DNA of 64,000 nt from Octopus vulgaris (taxonomy: Eukaryota), in NCBI GenBank assembly GCA_951406725.2, contig OX597815.1, positions 33,852,001-33,916,000 of the forward strand, given 5' to 3'. A program made the position numbers and the translations under genes. The notes beneath the pieces were generated by a model. It was not told the DNA's origin and did no database searches. It saw nothing but the letters and a program-made list of their open reading frames with translations. Within the stretch, counting starts at the first letter, position 1; each line of letters opens with the position of its first letter. Shown here piece after piece: positions 26,715 through 39,918 of this stretch.

Positions 26715-27100
26715 CTTTTATCTTTTACTTGTTTTGATCACTGGACTGCAGCCATGTTTGGGTACCACCTTGAAGTATTTAGCCCAACAAATCAACCCCA
26801 CTTCTTATTTTTAAGCCTGAATCTTATTCTACTGGTCTCTTTTGCTGAACTGCCAAAATACAAGTTTGTAGACAAACCAACACCAGTTTCCAAGTGGTGT
26901 GATGGGGGACAAAGCAAGCCACTCAACACATATGGGTATAAATGATGGGCTTCCACACAATTTCCATCTACCAAATTCTCTCATGAAGTATTGTAAGCCT
27001 GGGGCTTACTAAAAGACAGAGTGCTCAGAGTGTCACACAATGGAACTGAACCCAAAATCACATGGTTGCAAAGCAAGCTTCTTAATTACACAACCATGTT
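26715..27100 (-). mobile_element. Old degenerate copy of the composite SINE
   Basis: Reverse-complement similarity to 1272-1680 along its length, with CpGs decayed. Confidence 0.65.
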
Positions 27101-29551
27101 TAATTTGATGTATAGTATTAGTAATTAAAATTTTTGGTGATTATAGTTTTGAGAAGATGATTGATTATTTGATTTTTACCACTATGCTTTCACTTTCTTT
27201 TCTTAATAGACTCAGCGATAGTCTCAGAAAATTTGGACCTTAAATTTACTGTTTGTGTAACTGTTGTTGTTGTTTAGTCCAAGGTCAACCCTTATCTACA
27301 AACTTCTGATCAAAGACATTCCAGCTCTCACCATTCTGTTCTTCTCTAAGACATTGCATATTGAGCGCTACATTATCTAGTGTGTCTCTGTTTTCAAAAT
27401 AGTAGAGTGTAATATGAGAGAAATTTGACTGCTATTTCTTGCAATTTCAACAGCCTCTAGAGGCCCCTTCATTGAATTGAGTGAAAATATTTTTAGGGCT
27501 AGATGTTCTTCTTACCTTTGTCTACTTCTCACTCCACTGATACTCAAAAAAGTACTAATAATATAATTGTATCAATATAATTACTTATAACCACTAACTA
27601 TTTTTAAAAATTGCATCTGTGTGTATGTATGAATATGCAGGTGTGTGAATGAGTTTTATATGAACACAATGTAACAAAACACTTTTTAATTATATTATGC
27701 TTCTACTGCTTATGGCAGTAAGTCATATCGCTTTAATGGTATTTTTTTCAGGATAAGCTAAGTCAATTATCTTTTATAGAAACACAGTACCACACCTATA
27801 ATAGGAACAAATGGTCCTTAGTCTAGACCTCTAGTATCTTAATGTCTCAGCCATCTGCAATTTTCAGTATCTTGAGTACATGCCAGAATTCCAGAGGTAG
27901 GTAATGTAAATAGCAGAGTGTGTGTAATTAATTAATAAGACATTGTATTTCATTTCACTACAAACAATGGAAATTCTAATTATAGATTCAAAATCAACCT
28001 TCTCCTTTACTTATATCATATGGATGCTTATATTGATTAATGTGTCAAGTGGGAGAGAGTATTGCACATTCTCTATTTTATCTGATTTTATTGCTACTTG
28101 CAAGGTTGCAGAGGAGGGGTATTTTTCTCTTAGTTCATTTTGGAGGGCAGTCGGAGCATGAAGAGGTGAGACTGCATGAGTGATGTTGGTGTAGTTTGTG
28201 CAAAGGTTTACAAGCTGGAATACAAAGTGAAAAAAAAAAGAAATTTCTACAAAGAGATTTGCTTGGCATGAAAGACTGAAGGTAAGGTTTAGTATGAAAC
28301 TTTTTTTTAAAAAAAAAAGACAAGAGGAGATTGATAATGACAGAAATATAAGAGTTTTGGAGTATATTCAAGAGTGGTTTGAACACTGCTAGCATATTCA
28401 GAAGAACAAAGTTCAAGTGAAAATAATTATCAGGGTTTTATCACTCACACAAATAGCTTTCATTTGACATCATCTTTAAAGAAGCTATCTCAACAAAATA
28501 GACTTGTTCTTAGGTGACATGTTGTTATAAGACTTGTTTTTAAGTTCCACTATTGCACCTAATTAATTAAAAGTTGTATTAGTTCTCTTGTTTACTTGGA
28601 GTTTAAATCATGATTGTTATGACTATATGTGCACAGTAATGGATATAAAGGAAGTGTAATGGTCAGAAATATTGTATATAAAAGTGTTTTGTTAAAAGAC
28701 CTATTGTGTAAATGGTGAGGTAATGTGTGACTGGATTTTAAATTTGTTTCTTTTTTGGTTTTGATAAAGGCAAAAGGGCAGTGTTTATGATCTTCAACCA
28801 AACTCTGAGTCTAGTTTGTATGTATGGAGTGGGAACTATGACTCCTGAGCTGCTGCTATTCTACTATTTTGATCCCTGTTAGTATTCTGACTGAAAGTTT
28901 GTAGATTCTTGAGGGTCTACCAGCAAGATAGGGCAGTCTCCTGAAGTATTACTTAGGGGATTAGTTCCTATCATATCTGTTGGTAGGTTACTGCTGTAAA
29001 ATCAGTTCTACCTTTATTTTCTAACTAACACAGAAGATATTTAGTTATCTGCAGACAGGAGACCATAGTGATGATAATCATCTGCAGATCATGAAGATAT
29101 TTAATTATTTACAGACAGGAGACTACAGTGTTTTATCATGACATTGGCAGTAGAGAAGTTGTCTTAGTGGACTCCGATCCCTCTCTGTCCTGTACTAGTA
29201 TTTTGCAATTCAGTGTGACTAGGGTTTCTACACAAGTTGTTTTCACTTCAGATTTACTTGTCTTGATTTTCCTGAAGTAATTCTGTGTTTACATTTGCAA
29301 GACTATGGATAAAAGCAAATTATCAAAGACAGTAGAGAGAGAATGTTGAAAATTAAACAGATGTATGTTATTGCTAAATATTGATGAAAGAGAGGGCAGA
29401 ATGGTTGAAGGGGAGAGAAAAAGTAGGAGTGAGAAGGAAGTAGAAAGAACCTGTGGTAATGGAAGGAGACTCAAGGATAGGGTAGATGAGGTCCAGTTGA
29501 TAACAGTATACTAAAAATACTACATTGATGTAGTTACTAAATGTGCTATGT

Positions 29552-29879
29552 GTGAGGGCGCGTGGCTTAGTGGTTAGGGCATTCGGCTCATGATCGTAAG
29601 GTTGTGAGTTCAATTCCCGGCGACGCGTTGTGTCCTTGAGCAAGACACTTTATTTCACAGTTGCTCCAGTCCACTCAGCTGGCAAAAATGAGTGGTACTT
29701 GTATTTCAAAGGGTCAGCCTTGTCACTCTCTGTGTCACGCTGATTATCCCCGAGAACTACGTTAAGGGTACACGTGTCTGTGGAATGCTCAGCCATTTGC
29801 ACGTTAATTTCACGAGCAAGCTGTTCCGTTGATCGTATCAGCTGGGACCCTCGTCGTCGTAACCGGCGGAGTCTTTTTT
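29552..29879 (+). mobile_element. Young tRNA-derived CORE-type SINE with 14-bp target-site duplication
   Basis: A box TGGCTTAGTGG, B box GAGTTCAATTCC, CORE-like GTGTCCTTGAGCAAGACACTT. TAAATGTGCTATGT is duplicated at 29538-29551 and 29880-29893. Confidence 0.9.
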
Positions 29880-32800
29880 TAAATGTGCTATGTAAAACTA
29901 TTGTTAATTTAAACTACATTGAGTAGTTACTAAATGTTCTCTGTAAGGCTGTGGCTAATTTAGACTCGATGAGTATTCAGTAAATGTACTATGAAAAACT
30001 GATGTTAATACAAACTGCAGTTAAATAGTTACTAATTGTAATAGTTACAATGTCTGACTGCTAAAGTAAACCGTTGTCAAAAACTGATCAAATATACTAC
30101 TGTGGTACTTTAATTTCAAGGCATCAGTATCCATCCATAGACCTATTTCGTGTTCCAGTAATTGTTGACTCATTAAGTCATTGTATTTTCCCTTTACAAT
30201 AAATGGCTGGCTATTCTAGTATAGACTAATACAAGAGTCTTTTGATCTCAATGCAGTATTTGTATACTGCATTATTATAGAATAAATGTAGAATATCCAA
30301 TACCACATTATCTGCACAACCAAAAAAGGGAGAAAAATAAAAAGTTAATCACTTTGCAAGTAATAAAATACTATCATAATTAACAATACAAAATATAACA
30401 AAATGTAGTCACAGTTTCTCTTTAGAACATACTATCGTTCTAATTGGCAGGCATTATTCTTGTTCTTATTGGTCTGTTAGGATTATTTGTTGCAATTATA
30501 GTAGAGTGATGATCTGATATGTTCCCTTCATCTAATATATCCAAACTTATGCTATCAGCATTGCTGTATGAGTTGTATTTTCTTCAGTACTTTAGCATTC
30601 AGATTACTCTGTCAAATGTATTGTCTATTTATTCATATTATTTTGAATTGATTACGTATTATCTTGTAGTTTTGAAATTTCAATAGTGTGGACATTGTAG
30701 GTTAGGTATGAGATGTTGGATCTGGTTAGTTTGAACATAAAACAGAACATTTGGGCCAGATATGGCTAGTTTAACTGCTAAAAGGTCAAGGGTAAAATTA
30801 TCTGGACTTTCCAGTGTAGTACATATAAAGTTAAACATTTGCATGAGTAAATCCTAGATGGCTTTCATTATTCATTAGTGTTCTTAATTCAACTGTTTTC
30901 TTTCATTGCATTAGATATAACTGAGCAATTTCCATATCTCTTTATTGTTTTGTTCATTTTATCTATTTTATTTGATGAAGGATGGCAACTCCTAGCCTTA
31001 AATGCTCTTTGACTGATTGCTTCACCTCTAATGAAAATAGCTTAGTTTAGCAAACAAAATGAATTAATAAGGAAACACATTGAATGACACTTAAATATGA
31101 AATACAATCTGATTGTAAGAATTGCTCGTTTTAGTAATGTTTTCAAGTCCTACAATATCAAATGACTGTCACTGCCAAGATATTCTTGATAAATGGCCAG
31201 TTGTAATCCTGATGAACCTTGACCTTTATAAATCTAATTATATCTGTAAAGTGGTTTTTAATAAGCTGTTGCAATTGAATCTTTCCATGTTAGCAATTTG
31301 TCTGTCTAAACCAGAGTGTTCTATCTCTTCGTTGTTTTTTCAATTGCAGAATGTCTGCTTAAGGCATTTGCAACCAAAATTCTCTCTTCCTGGATGAAAT
31401 TGCATTTCATGTGGGAACTCTGTGATGTAGTCTTCCAACAATACAGTTTAGTATTTTTTAATAGCAAATAAGCCAACTCTCAAATTGGAAAGCTCTTGTT
31501 TGTTGATCTGTAACAAATTTGAATTTTTGTGCTAATAGGTTTATGTCACAGGGGCTTCTAACTCTACTGTACACCATTTCTTGTCAATATCCTTCAATCT
31601 ATATGAACAGAAATTTTATTGGGTGTCAGTTTTCCTATAGAATAGCTATCAGTGATTCAGATGTGTTTGTTTCAAGAGTAACTAGTGAATCGAATGTTAA
31701 AACAAACAAATAAACTGCTGTAATACTCTCTCTCTCTCTCTCTGTTTTTCAATTACATTAACACAATAGGCACAGATATGGTCGTGTGGTTAAGGAATTA
31801 CTTTGCACTAATATTTATTTTCAGTTCAGTCCTGCTGTGCAGCATCTTGGGCAGCAAGTGTCTTCTTCTATAGAAAATGAGTGAAATGAAAACTTCCTTA
31901 CTTGAAAGTGAGCTGTTGGTTAGTGGCAAAAAGGGCATCAAGCTTAAAATGATGTCCAGCAATAATGTATTCAGCTAACCCTTGCTAGGATGGAAAAACA
32001 AATGTGAAATGAATCGATGAAACATTCAACTGACAATAGAAAATGGTTGATATTGTTTAGTTTTAAACAAGGGTGCTGCAGTATCAGCAAAACTTTTTTC
32101 TCCTTTTGAATAATTTACAATTTACCCTATGAAATGTTCAAATTCATTGGAATTTCTAGGCACCATAGATCCAAATAGTGGGTCTTGTCTTCTCTAAAAT
32201 TGCGACTCAGTAACTCTGAATTTACATTTTTAAATGTTGAATGAAAGCTCTACCTTTTGGGCCCATTTGCAAAAAGCTTGCAAATTTGTCACATATGATC
32301 TGTTACTTTCCTCACATATCATCATGTCAACAAAGTAATACACAATTTAAGTGTAATCTATTTATTTTTTTTTATTATTTTCTAGTTTCAGCTCAGAGCT
32401 GTGGCCATGCTGATGTGTACAGTTTAGTATTAATTCTTTGAAATTATGCATTACAACAATTTTCACATTCCAGAGGTTACTGGCTAAGGCAAGCTGTTGT
32501 TGACTATGGCAAGCTTTTGTAACAGATGCCAGTATAAGACTATCATAAGCTTACATAATTCTGCTGCCAGTAAATTAACATAATTATATAAGGCAATTAT
32601 AGAATATCCAATACTACAGCTATGTTAGATTTGTTGGATTAAACTATAGTCAAGTAAGTTAATGTACTTAATCATCATCATTATCATCAATTAATTTCCA
32701 TTTTCCATTCTGGCATGGATTGGATGGTTTGACAGAAACTGGTAAGTCAGAAGACTGCATCAAAGTCTACTGTCTGCTTTGGCATGATTTCTACAGTTGG

Positions 32801-35464
32801 ATGCCCTTTCTAATACCAACCACTCAGAGTGTACAGGGTGCTGTTTTTGTGGTACCAGTAGCAGTGAGGTCACCAAGTAACTTGCAGGGCAAAACCCTTC
32901 AACTGGTGGAAGTCGTATTGAGGGACAGAAAATGGTGTGTTGCATTACAAGAGAAACATGGTTATCTTGGGTGAAGAGAGAGAGAGAAGAGAAGATAGTG
33001 AAGATATAATGAGGAGAGGGAAGGGGCCATATCCCCAAGTTACAAGGAGGCGTATATTGTGAAGTGAATTGGGGATTGGAGAGAGTGGGTAATGCAATGA
33101 TGAAGTACTGATTAAATGTACTATGTAAGAAAGACTACAGTGAAGTGATTACTAAATGAACTGTGTACAGTGGTTATTGAATTAAAACTCTAGTGAAATA
33201 GTTACTAAATGTATTATGTAGGACTATTAAATTGTGTGTCTGTATTGTATTTTACTTAGAGTTATTTAGCTGCAAGTGTAAATCAGCCCATGTAGAAAAC
33301 TATTAATTCCTGCTTCACATATGCACTTGATTTTCTTATCTGTCTATTGTTTACCTTTCAGCTTAAGTTTCTGGTCACAGTGTGAAGCTTATCAGAGCAG
33401 TGTGTTTCTATACAGGTAATATATGAGTGGTACAGGCCAAGGTGTGATAGTATTTCCACAATAAAATGACTACATTCATTTTGAATTTCCCAGTGAAATA
33501 ATTTTATGTACCCTTTTGAATGTGAAATTTTGGTTTTTCTCTTTCATAAATCTATAGAAAGTATAGATGTAAGACATAGCAACAATAAATCATATACAGG
33601 ATTGTGTGATTAAAAAATTTGTTTCCCAGCCATGCAGTTTTGTGTTTAGTCCCACTGTGTGGTGCCCTCAGCAACTGTCTTCTTGATAGCTCTGGACTAG
33701 CCAAAATGTTATGAGTGAATTTGGTAGACTGGATCTGATAGAAGCTCATTGTGTGCGTGTATATATGTATTTATATGTATGTGTATATATGTATTTATAT
33801 GTATGTGTATATATGTATTTTGGCGTTAGGAAGGGCATCCAGCTGTAGAAACTCTGCCAGATCAGACTGGAGTCTGGTGCAGCCCCTGGCTTCCCAGACC
33901 CCAGTCGAACCGTCCAACCCGTGCTAGCGCGGAAAACGGACGTTTAAACGATGATGATGATGATGTGTGTTTGTAATATATCATCATCATCTTTTCAAAT
34001 CAGAAGACTGTACCAGACTCTATTGTCTGCTTTGGCATGATTTACATTGCTGGATACCCTTCCTGATGCCAACTACTTTACAGAGAGTACTGAGTACTTT
34101 TTACTTGGCCCCAGCAGCAGTAAGGTCACCAGGTAACCTGTAAGACAACATTTCTCAACTGAATGGGAGATGGGGAAGAATATTGAGGGAGGTAGCTTTG
34201 TGCCAAGTGATGTGATGAGAGGTTTGTGTATGAATAGTAACTTGTAATTATAGTTGGCTTGGAGATATTTCTTCATTGATGCTAAAATTTTTGGGTTTTT
34301 AGAAATCACATTCTTATCCAGATTGGATGAGCTAGATAACTTTTTAGTTTATAATAGAAATTTGTCTTTTCAAAATTGTTTTTTATTAGTGACATTGTAG
34401 AATGAGTGAGGTCAGGTGAATGAATTCTTGTTAGATTTTTGGAAATTGCTTTCTAACCAAATTTATTGTTTAGTACCGGGTGATCTCTGATTATGTAGAA
34501 TTTTGGGCAAAAGCATTAATCACGACCATCTTGTCTTTTAAGCAGTCTGTGGCTGCTGTTTCTGCAGATCAAGTGAGGCTCTCACAAAATTTTTTATGAT
34601 ATAAAACTGACTTTGCTTCTCAATACTTCTAGTTTCTTTTATCTTTTACTTGTTTCTGTGCTGTTGGACTGAACCTAGAACCATTTAATGGAAAAGTGAG
34701 CTTCTAAACCATACAAATGTGCCTGTTAACAGTTTTAGAATGATAGAGGCCATTACAAAAGAAAGTGACTACTAACTCCATAGTGGTCTAAAAATAGTTG
34801 GATATCATTTAATATGATCTTACCTATCAGGTGGTCACTTTTTGTTTATATCCTTCCTAATGCTGACAAGAGCACCATTATATGTAAGAAGTATTTAAGT
34901 GTAGTGCGTATTTGTACTAGTAAATGTTGAAGTCTGAAGTATTTTCTGATTCTTAAAAAAAAAAAAAAAATGAAAAATAAACCAAAACATTTTGATGCAG
35001 TTTTTCCGATGTGAAAAATATTTAAGAACAAGAAGTCAATAGTATAAGAGCTACAAGTTACAGTGAAATGGACTTTGATTTTTTATTACCATGTAAGTGA
35101 AAATGTAATGGTGTGAGTTTATAACTTCTTTATCTAATATCTTTGTGTTTGAGCCATTAAATGAGACTATAAACAGACATGTATACTCTCATTTAAAAGT
35201 ATAAGATTAATCTTGTAGATATATTTTCAAGTTTTACTCACTATAGGTGAATAAGACTAAGGATTTGATAATTCTATAACCTTAGTTCTATTAGAAACAA
35301 CCTAAACTTTCATCTTTCTTGTTGTTATGATCAAAGTGAAACAAATTACTCTATAAGGGACATTCATTAATTGTATTTTGATTTTTATGGATTGTGTTGA
35401 TCATAATCATCATTTAACATCTGCATTTTCATGCTGCCAGAGGACTGCATCAAGTTCTGTTGTC

Positions 35465-35855
35465 TACTGTAAATCCTCGAGTATAATCTGCATTTTTTCC
35501 CCAAAATTTAAAGGTGAAAGTCCCTAGTGCGTACTATATACAAGGTTAAAACTGAAAATTATTTTCTAAGCAATGCTCGAGTCTCTATTTGCTGTCCGGC
35601 AAATATTTCTTTATTTTCTGCAAACACAATGCACAAAAAAGCTACACGTTTGCATTATGTTATATATATACAATAATAATAAAGGACATTACCGTAAACA
35701 TTTTTACAAACCAAGGACGTTATATAGACTTCCTTGACTCAAGTTAGAGAAGGGGTGTGTATTATACACAAGGTTTAGGTTTTCCAGGGTACAGTCCCCT
35801 AAAAATCCTCTGCGTATTATACTCAAGGGCAGACTATACTCGAGTATTTATGGTA
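35465..35855. mobile_element. pogo/Tigger-like MITE inserted in an RTE-tail element
   Basis: Imperfect TIRs TACTGTAAATCCTCGAGTATAATC and GACTATACTCGAGTATTTATGGTA with TA ends. The host repeat resumes on both sides. Confidence 0.7.
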
Positions 35856-36716
35856 CTTGGTTTCTGTGGCTGGATGCCCTTCCTAACACCAATCACTTTA
35901 CAGTGTTCTGGGTGTTTTTTATGTGGCACCATTACTATAGTGTTTTTACATTGTACCAGTGGGGTTGCCAAGTAGCTTGCAAGAAAAAGACCCCTTGTCT
36001 AGGAGAGGGAGTTGTACTGAGGGAGGTGACTTAGGTCCGGTTGAGTGAATAAAGTATAACAGATGGATAGAGATAGGTGTCTTACTATAGAAGAGATACT
36101 TTGCTACCTCAGTAGGAAAAGAAAGGAGAAGGAAGATAGAGTTAGAGAGAGTGAAAGAGCGAAATAACGTTGGGGATGTACTAGATAACCACAAGGTACA
36201 GTGGTGGTGAATATAAGTGGTACAGAGTGGATAGAGGGTGATGCTCTGTAAGAGTATTAGGGGAAATGTTTAGAATCAAAGAAGAGGTGTCTGAAGCTGG
36301 TGATGGTGAGAGAAATTGGAGTGGCTGGGGGAGGGTGCTATGGTAAATGTGAGAGCATGGAGAGTGTGTGCAGGTTGGCATGTTGGGGAGAGTTGAGGGG
36401 CCTGCAGTGGGTGGCGGTCATTGGTAGAGGGAAGGGTGTATTGCGAAGATGGGCTGTGGGGGAGTTTTGACTGGGAATAATGTGTGTGTGTGTGTGTGTG
36501 GTGGTGATGGTGGTAGTTGGGCATGACTGTAAAGGACATGCCTGAATATATGATTTTACTTAGCTTCTTCAGCACAGCAAATCACCATATTTTTTGGTTC
36601 CTTGTCATCTCCCCTGTGAGACTCAACATCTGAAGATCATTTCTCACCACTTTGTCCAATGTCATCCTGGGTCTACCTTTTCTACAGGTTCCCTCCACAA
36701 TGAGAGATTCCTGCAA

Positions 36717-36752
<36 letters not shown>

Positions 36753-38631
36753 TTAATGTCCATTTTCTATGATGGCATGGGTTGAACAGTTTGACAGGAG
36801 TTGGCAAGCCAGAGAGCTGCATCAGGCTCCATTTGCCTGTTTTGGTAAGGTTTCTACAGTTGGATGCCATTCCAAATGCCAACTTCTTTACACAGTGTAC
36901 TGGGTGCTTTTTGCATGGCACCAGGACAATTGCTTAATATTTGGCACCAGCATGGGTGCTTTTTAATTAGTGCCAACAGGGGTGCTTTTAGTGTTGAACC
37001 AGCAGGGGAGCTTTCTATATGGCACTAGTACTTATAAACTTGCAAGACAAGGACCTCTCAGCTGTGAGAGGGAGAGATAAGAGTATGATAGATGAACAGA
37101 GGTAGCCTACTTACAATCAAGGAGATATTTGGCTACTTAAGTAGGACAAGGCAGGAGAGGAAGGTGAGAGATAGATAGATAGATAGATAGATAGAGAGAG
37201 GGCCTGCCCATAGTGAATAGGGGGTAGTATAAGTAGTACAGTGGGGATATAGGGTGGTGTTCTATAGGAGTGTCTTGGGAGAAGCTTTGAGATAGCTAAC
37301 ATAGCAAATGAGCAATATACTCTGAGTCTTTGAACCAGTTTTTGAGTCTCTTTTATTGATACCAAGCTGTGCTTATGCTGTGCCCTGTCATTAACATCTA
37401 GTTTAGGAGAGACATAGACTTGACATGTCTTAAGTCTAGTGAAAAAAATTGTTTTATGCATATACAGTGACCCAGATTTTTTGTGATAATGTGGTTAAAG
37501 CTTTGATATGCTGCAGATAAGTGACTACATGCACATGTTACAGACATATCGCATATATCGCCTTACTTCTAATGGTAAGATATGTTTTATCGAGTTTGTT
37601 TTTTTTCTCAAATTTTTTATTGTTCTGTTCATATGTTCATATGTTTGATTTTTAACTTACTCATGCTGAAAATAATCTTTGTGTAACTGATGACTGTTTT
37701 CTATTTAGTGAGACTACATATATTTTTGTAACCTTTATACTATACAGAAAAAATGTGAGTTTAAGGACATTAGTTAAGTGAATTGAATATGTGGAAGTAA
37801 CAAAGAAAAAGGGCTCTATTTATAGCGGTCAAATTTCTCTAAAGTCACAAAATCCCTTTATCATACTCTAATCTCTCAGTTCTACTCCCTCTCACAGTTA
37901 AGAGGTCCTTCCTTGTCTTGCAAGCTCACAGGTGTTCCCATGCTGTTACCACATTAAAAGCACCTCTGCTGGTGCTAAGTAAAAGAAAAAAAAAGGGAAG
38001 ACATTGAATAATGTAGTTCTAGGCACTCTGTGTCTTTATAAGTGATGTGATGGTCAAAGTTATGTCTCTGTATACAGGTTTACTTGGAACAGTCATAGTT
38101 GCTGTCCTTCTTTCTCTAACTAAGCAATAAAGAAAATATGTCATGGTTGGCTGGTTAACTATGCATAGAAGAGTTGAAGTAGGTATTGTTGAATAAATTT
38201 AATAGAAAATATTCTACTGAGAAAACTACTAGCTGTAGACCACATATGTCACTAGTTAGTAAGTGAGATTATCAAAAAGTTAATCTACAACACTTCATTT
38301 GTGTGTGTGTGTGTGTGCGTAGCTACAGGCAAGAAGTTCTAAACAGCACTCCATACCGAGGAGCAAGAGTTATTTATGGTTATTGTGCAGCTGGCATTTC
38401 ATTTGTAGTCACTTGAATTTCATGTTCCCAATCATTAGACTGTCTATGATGATTGAGAAAATGAAATCTCACTATATGTGAGATGTCAGTGCTTGGTGCG
38501 GTCTTCTGACTTACGAGCTCCTGTCAAAACTGTTCAACAGCCTGGAAGGTGGTCGTTAAATGACTGATGATGATGCTGATATATATAGGTTTGGTGATAC
38601 AAACAAGAAAATAGAAATCAAAATACGAGTG

Positions 38632-38667
<36 letters not shown>

Positions 38668-38915
38668 GGTCAATTCAAATATGTCACATATTTTAACTTC
38701 TAAATGCAACTTCACTATAGTTAACTGTGAAAAAGAAAATTTTCACTTCTGGTAAGGTGTAAATACACCATTATCAGCTCAGTGGCACCCTCTTTTTGAC
38801 ACTTAAATGCATTTCTAACATTGCAATAAAAAACGCTTGTGTATTAATAATTGGGTATATTGAATAGATATTATCCCTTAGTGGGTTGAATTCACAACCC
38901 CTAACTTTCTTGGAG

Positions 38916-38967
<52 letters not shown>

Positions 38968-39665
38968 GCATATTGTGGCTTAAGTCGTTTTGATTTAAGT
39001 TGTTCTCGATTTTAAGTCAGTTTTCAAAAATGATATATAGAAAAATAAAAATCAAGTCATTTTACTTGACTTTTCATCTGTCCATCACAAGTATCAGAAT
39101 CATAAAATCACTAGATAACTGTTAAAAGCACATAAAAATCATGTTACTGTACAATGAATAAAAATAAAAACATATAAAATCAAATAAAATACATACAGTA
39201 AATGTTAAGATACACACCATAAAGTAGTGTAGCTTAGTGAATGAAATCATGAGATCAGCTGTGTTGTCTTATTTATGTATTGGTAAATTTAAAATAATTT
39301 AGTTTTTTTTTTACAATTACAAAATAATAATAATTACAGAATTTGTTTTTTAAACTTTAAAAAGGCTTTTATTTTACCATGTCTTATTGCAAACCACATT
39401 CACATATAGTCTGCAATGTACGGTAAACACTGCCAAATTATATTCATAAATTTAGTAAATTTGGGTAATTTTTTTTTACTGTACTGTATTGAAAAAAAAA
39501 ATATTTGTTTGTAAGCTTAAAATAAGTTTTTATTAACCCTGTATTATTGAAAATGCATTCATAAATAAAGTACAGAACTGGGAATGGTTATTATTGGTTT
39601 AGCCTAGAGACAAGTTAATTCAACTTATCTCCTGGAACCAATTAATGATGTAGGGTGAGGTATGC

Positions 39666-39704
<39 letters not shown>

Positions 39705-39709
<5 letters not shown>

Positions 39710-39918
39710 TCAGTATGTGACCTCGTGAGTACCTCCATCGATTTTTTTTTTTTTCCCTCTGTCTTCCCTTCTCGGGATCTTTCCTTCTCCTATGTTTCCG
39801 ACGAAGAGCTCCGCTTGAAACATTAAACCCTCCTTCTTTCCTGAGCGTCCAATAATACTTTATTTGTTCCACGTCCTTGCGTTGTTGTGTTTTTTTGTTT
39901 TCTTGTTTGGATTAACTA
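39705..39918 (+). mobile_element. Short (TA)n-adjacent element with decayed minimal hammerhead at 39794-39828
   Basis: GTTT-CCGACGA-AGAGCTCCGCTT-GAAA-CATT-AAAC. The 3' part recurs inverted at 43200-43290. Confidence 0.55.

Noticed and set aside
29552-29625. tRNA gene
   Set aside because: A and B boxes are present but the sequence continues into a CORE-like body and is bounded by a TSD, so it is a SINE head. The same applies to the other tRNA-like heads.
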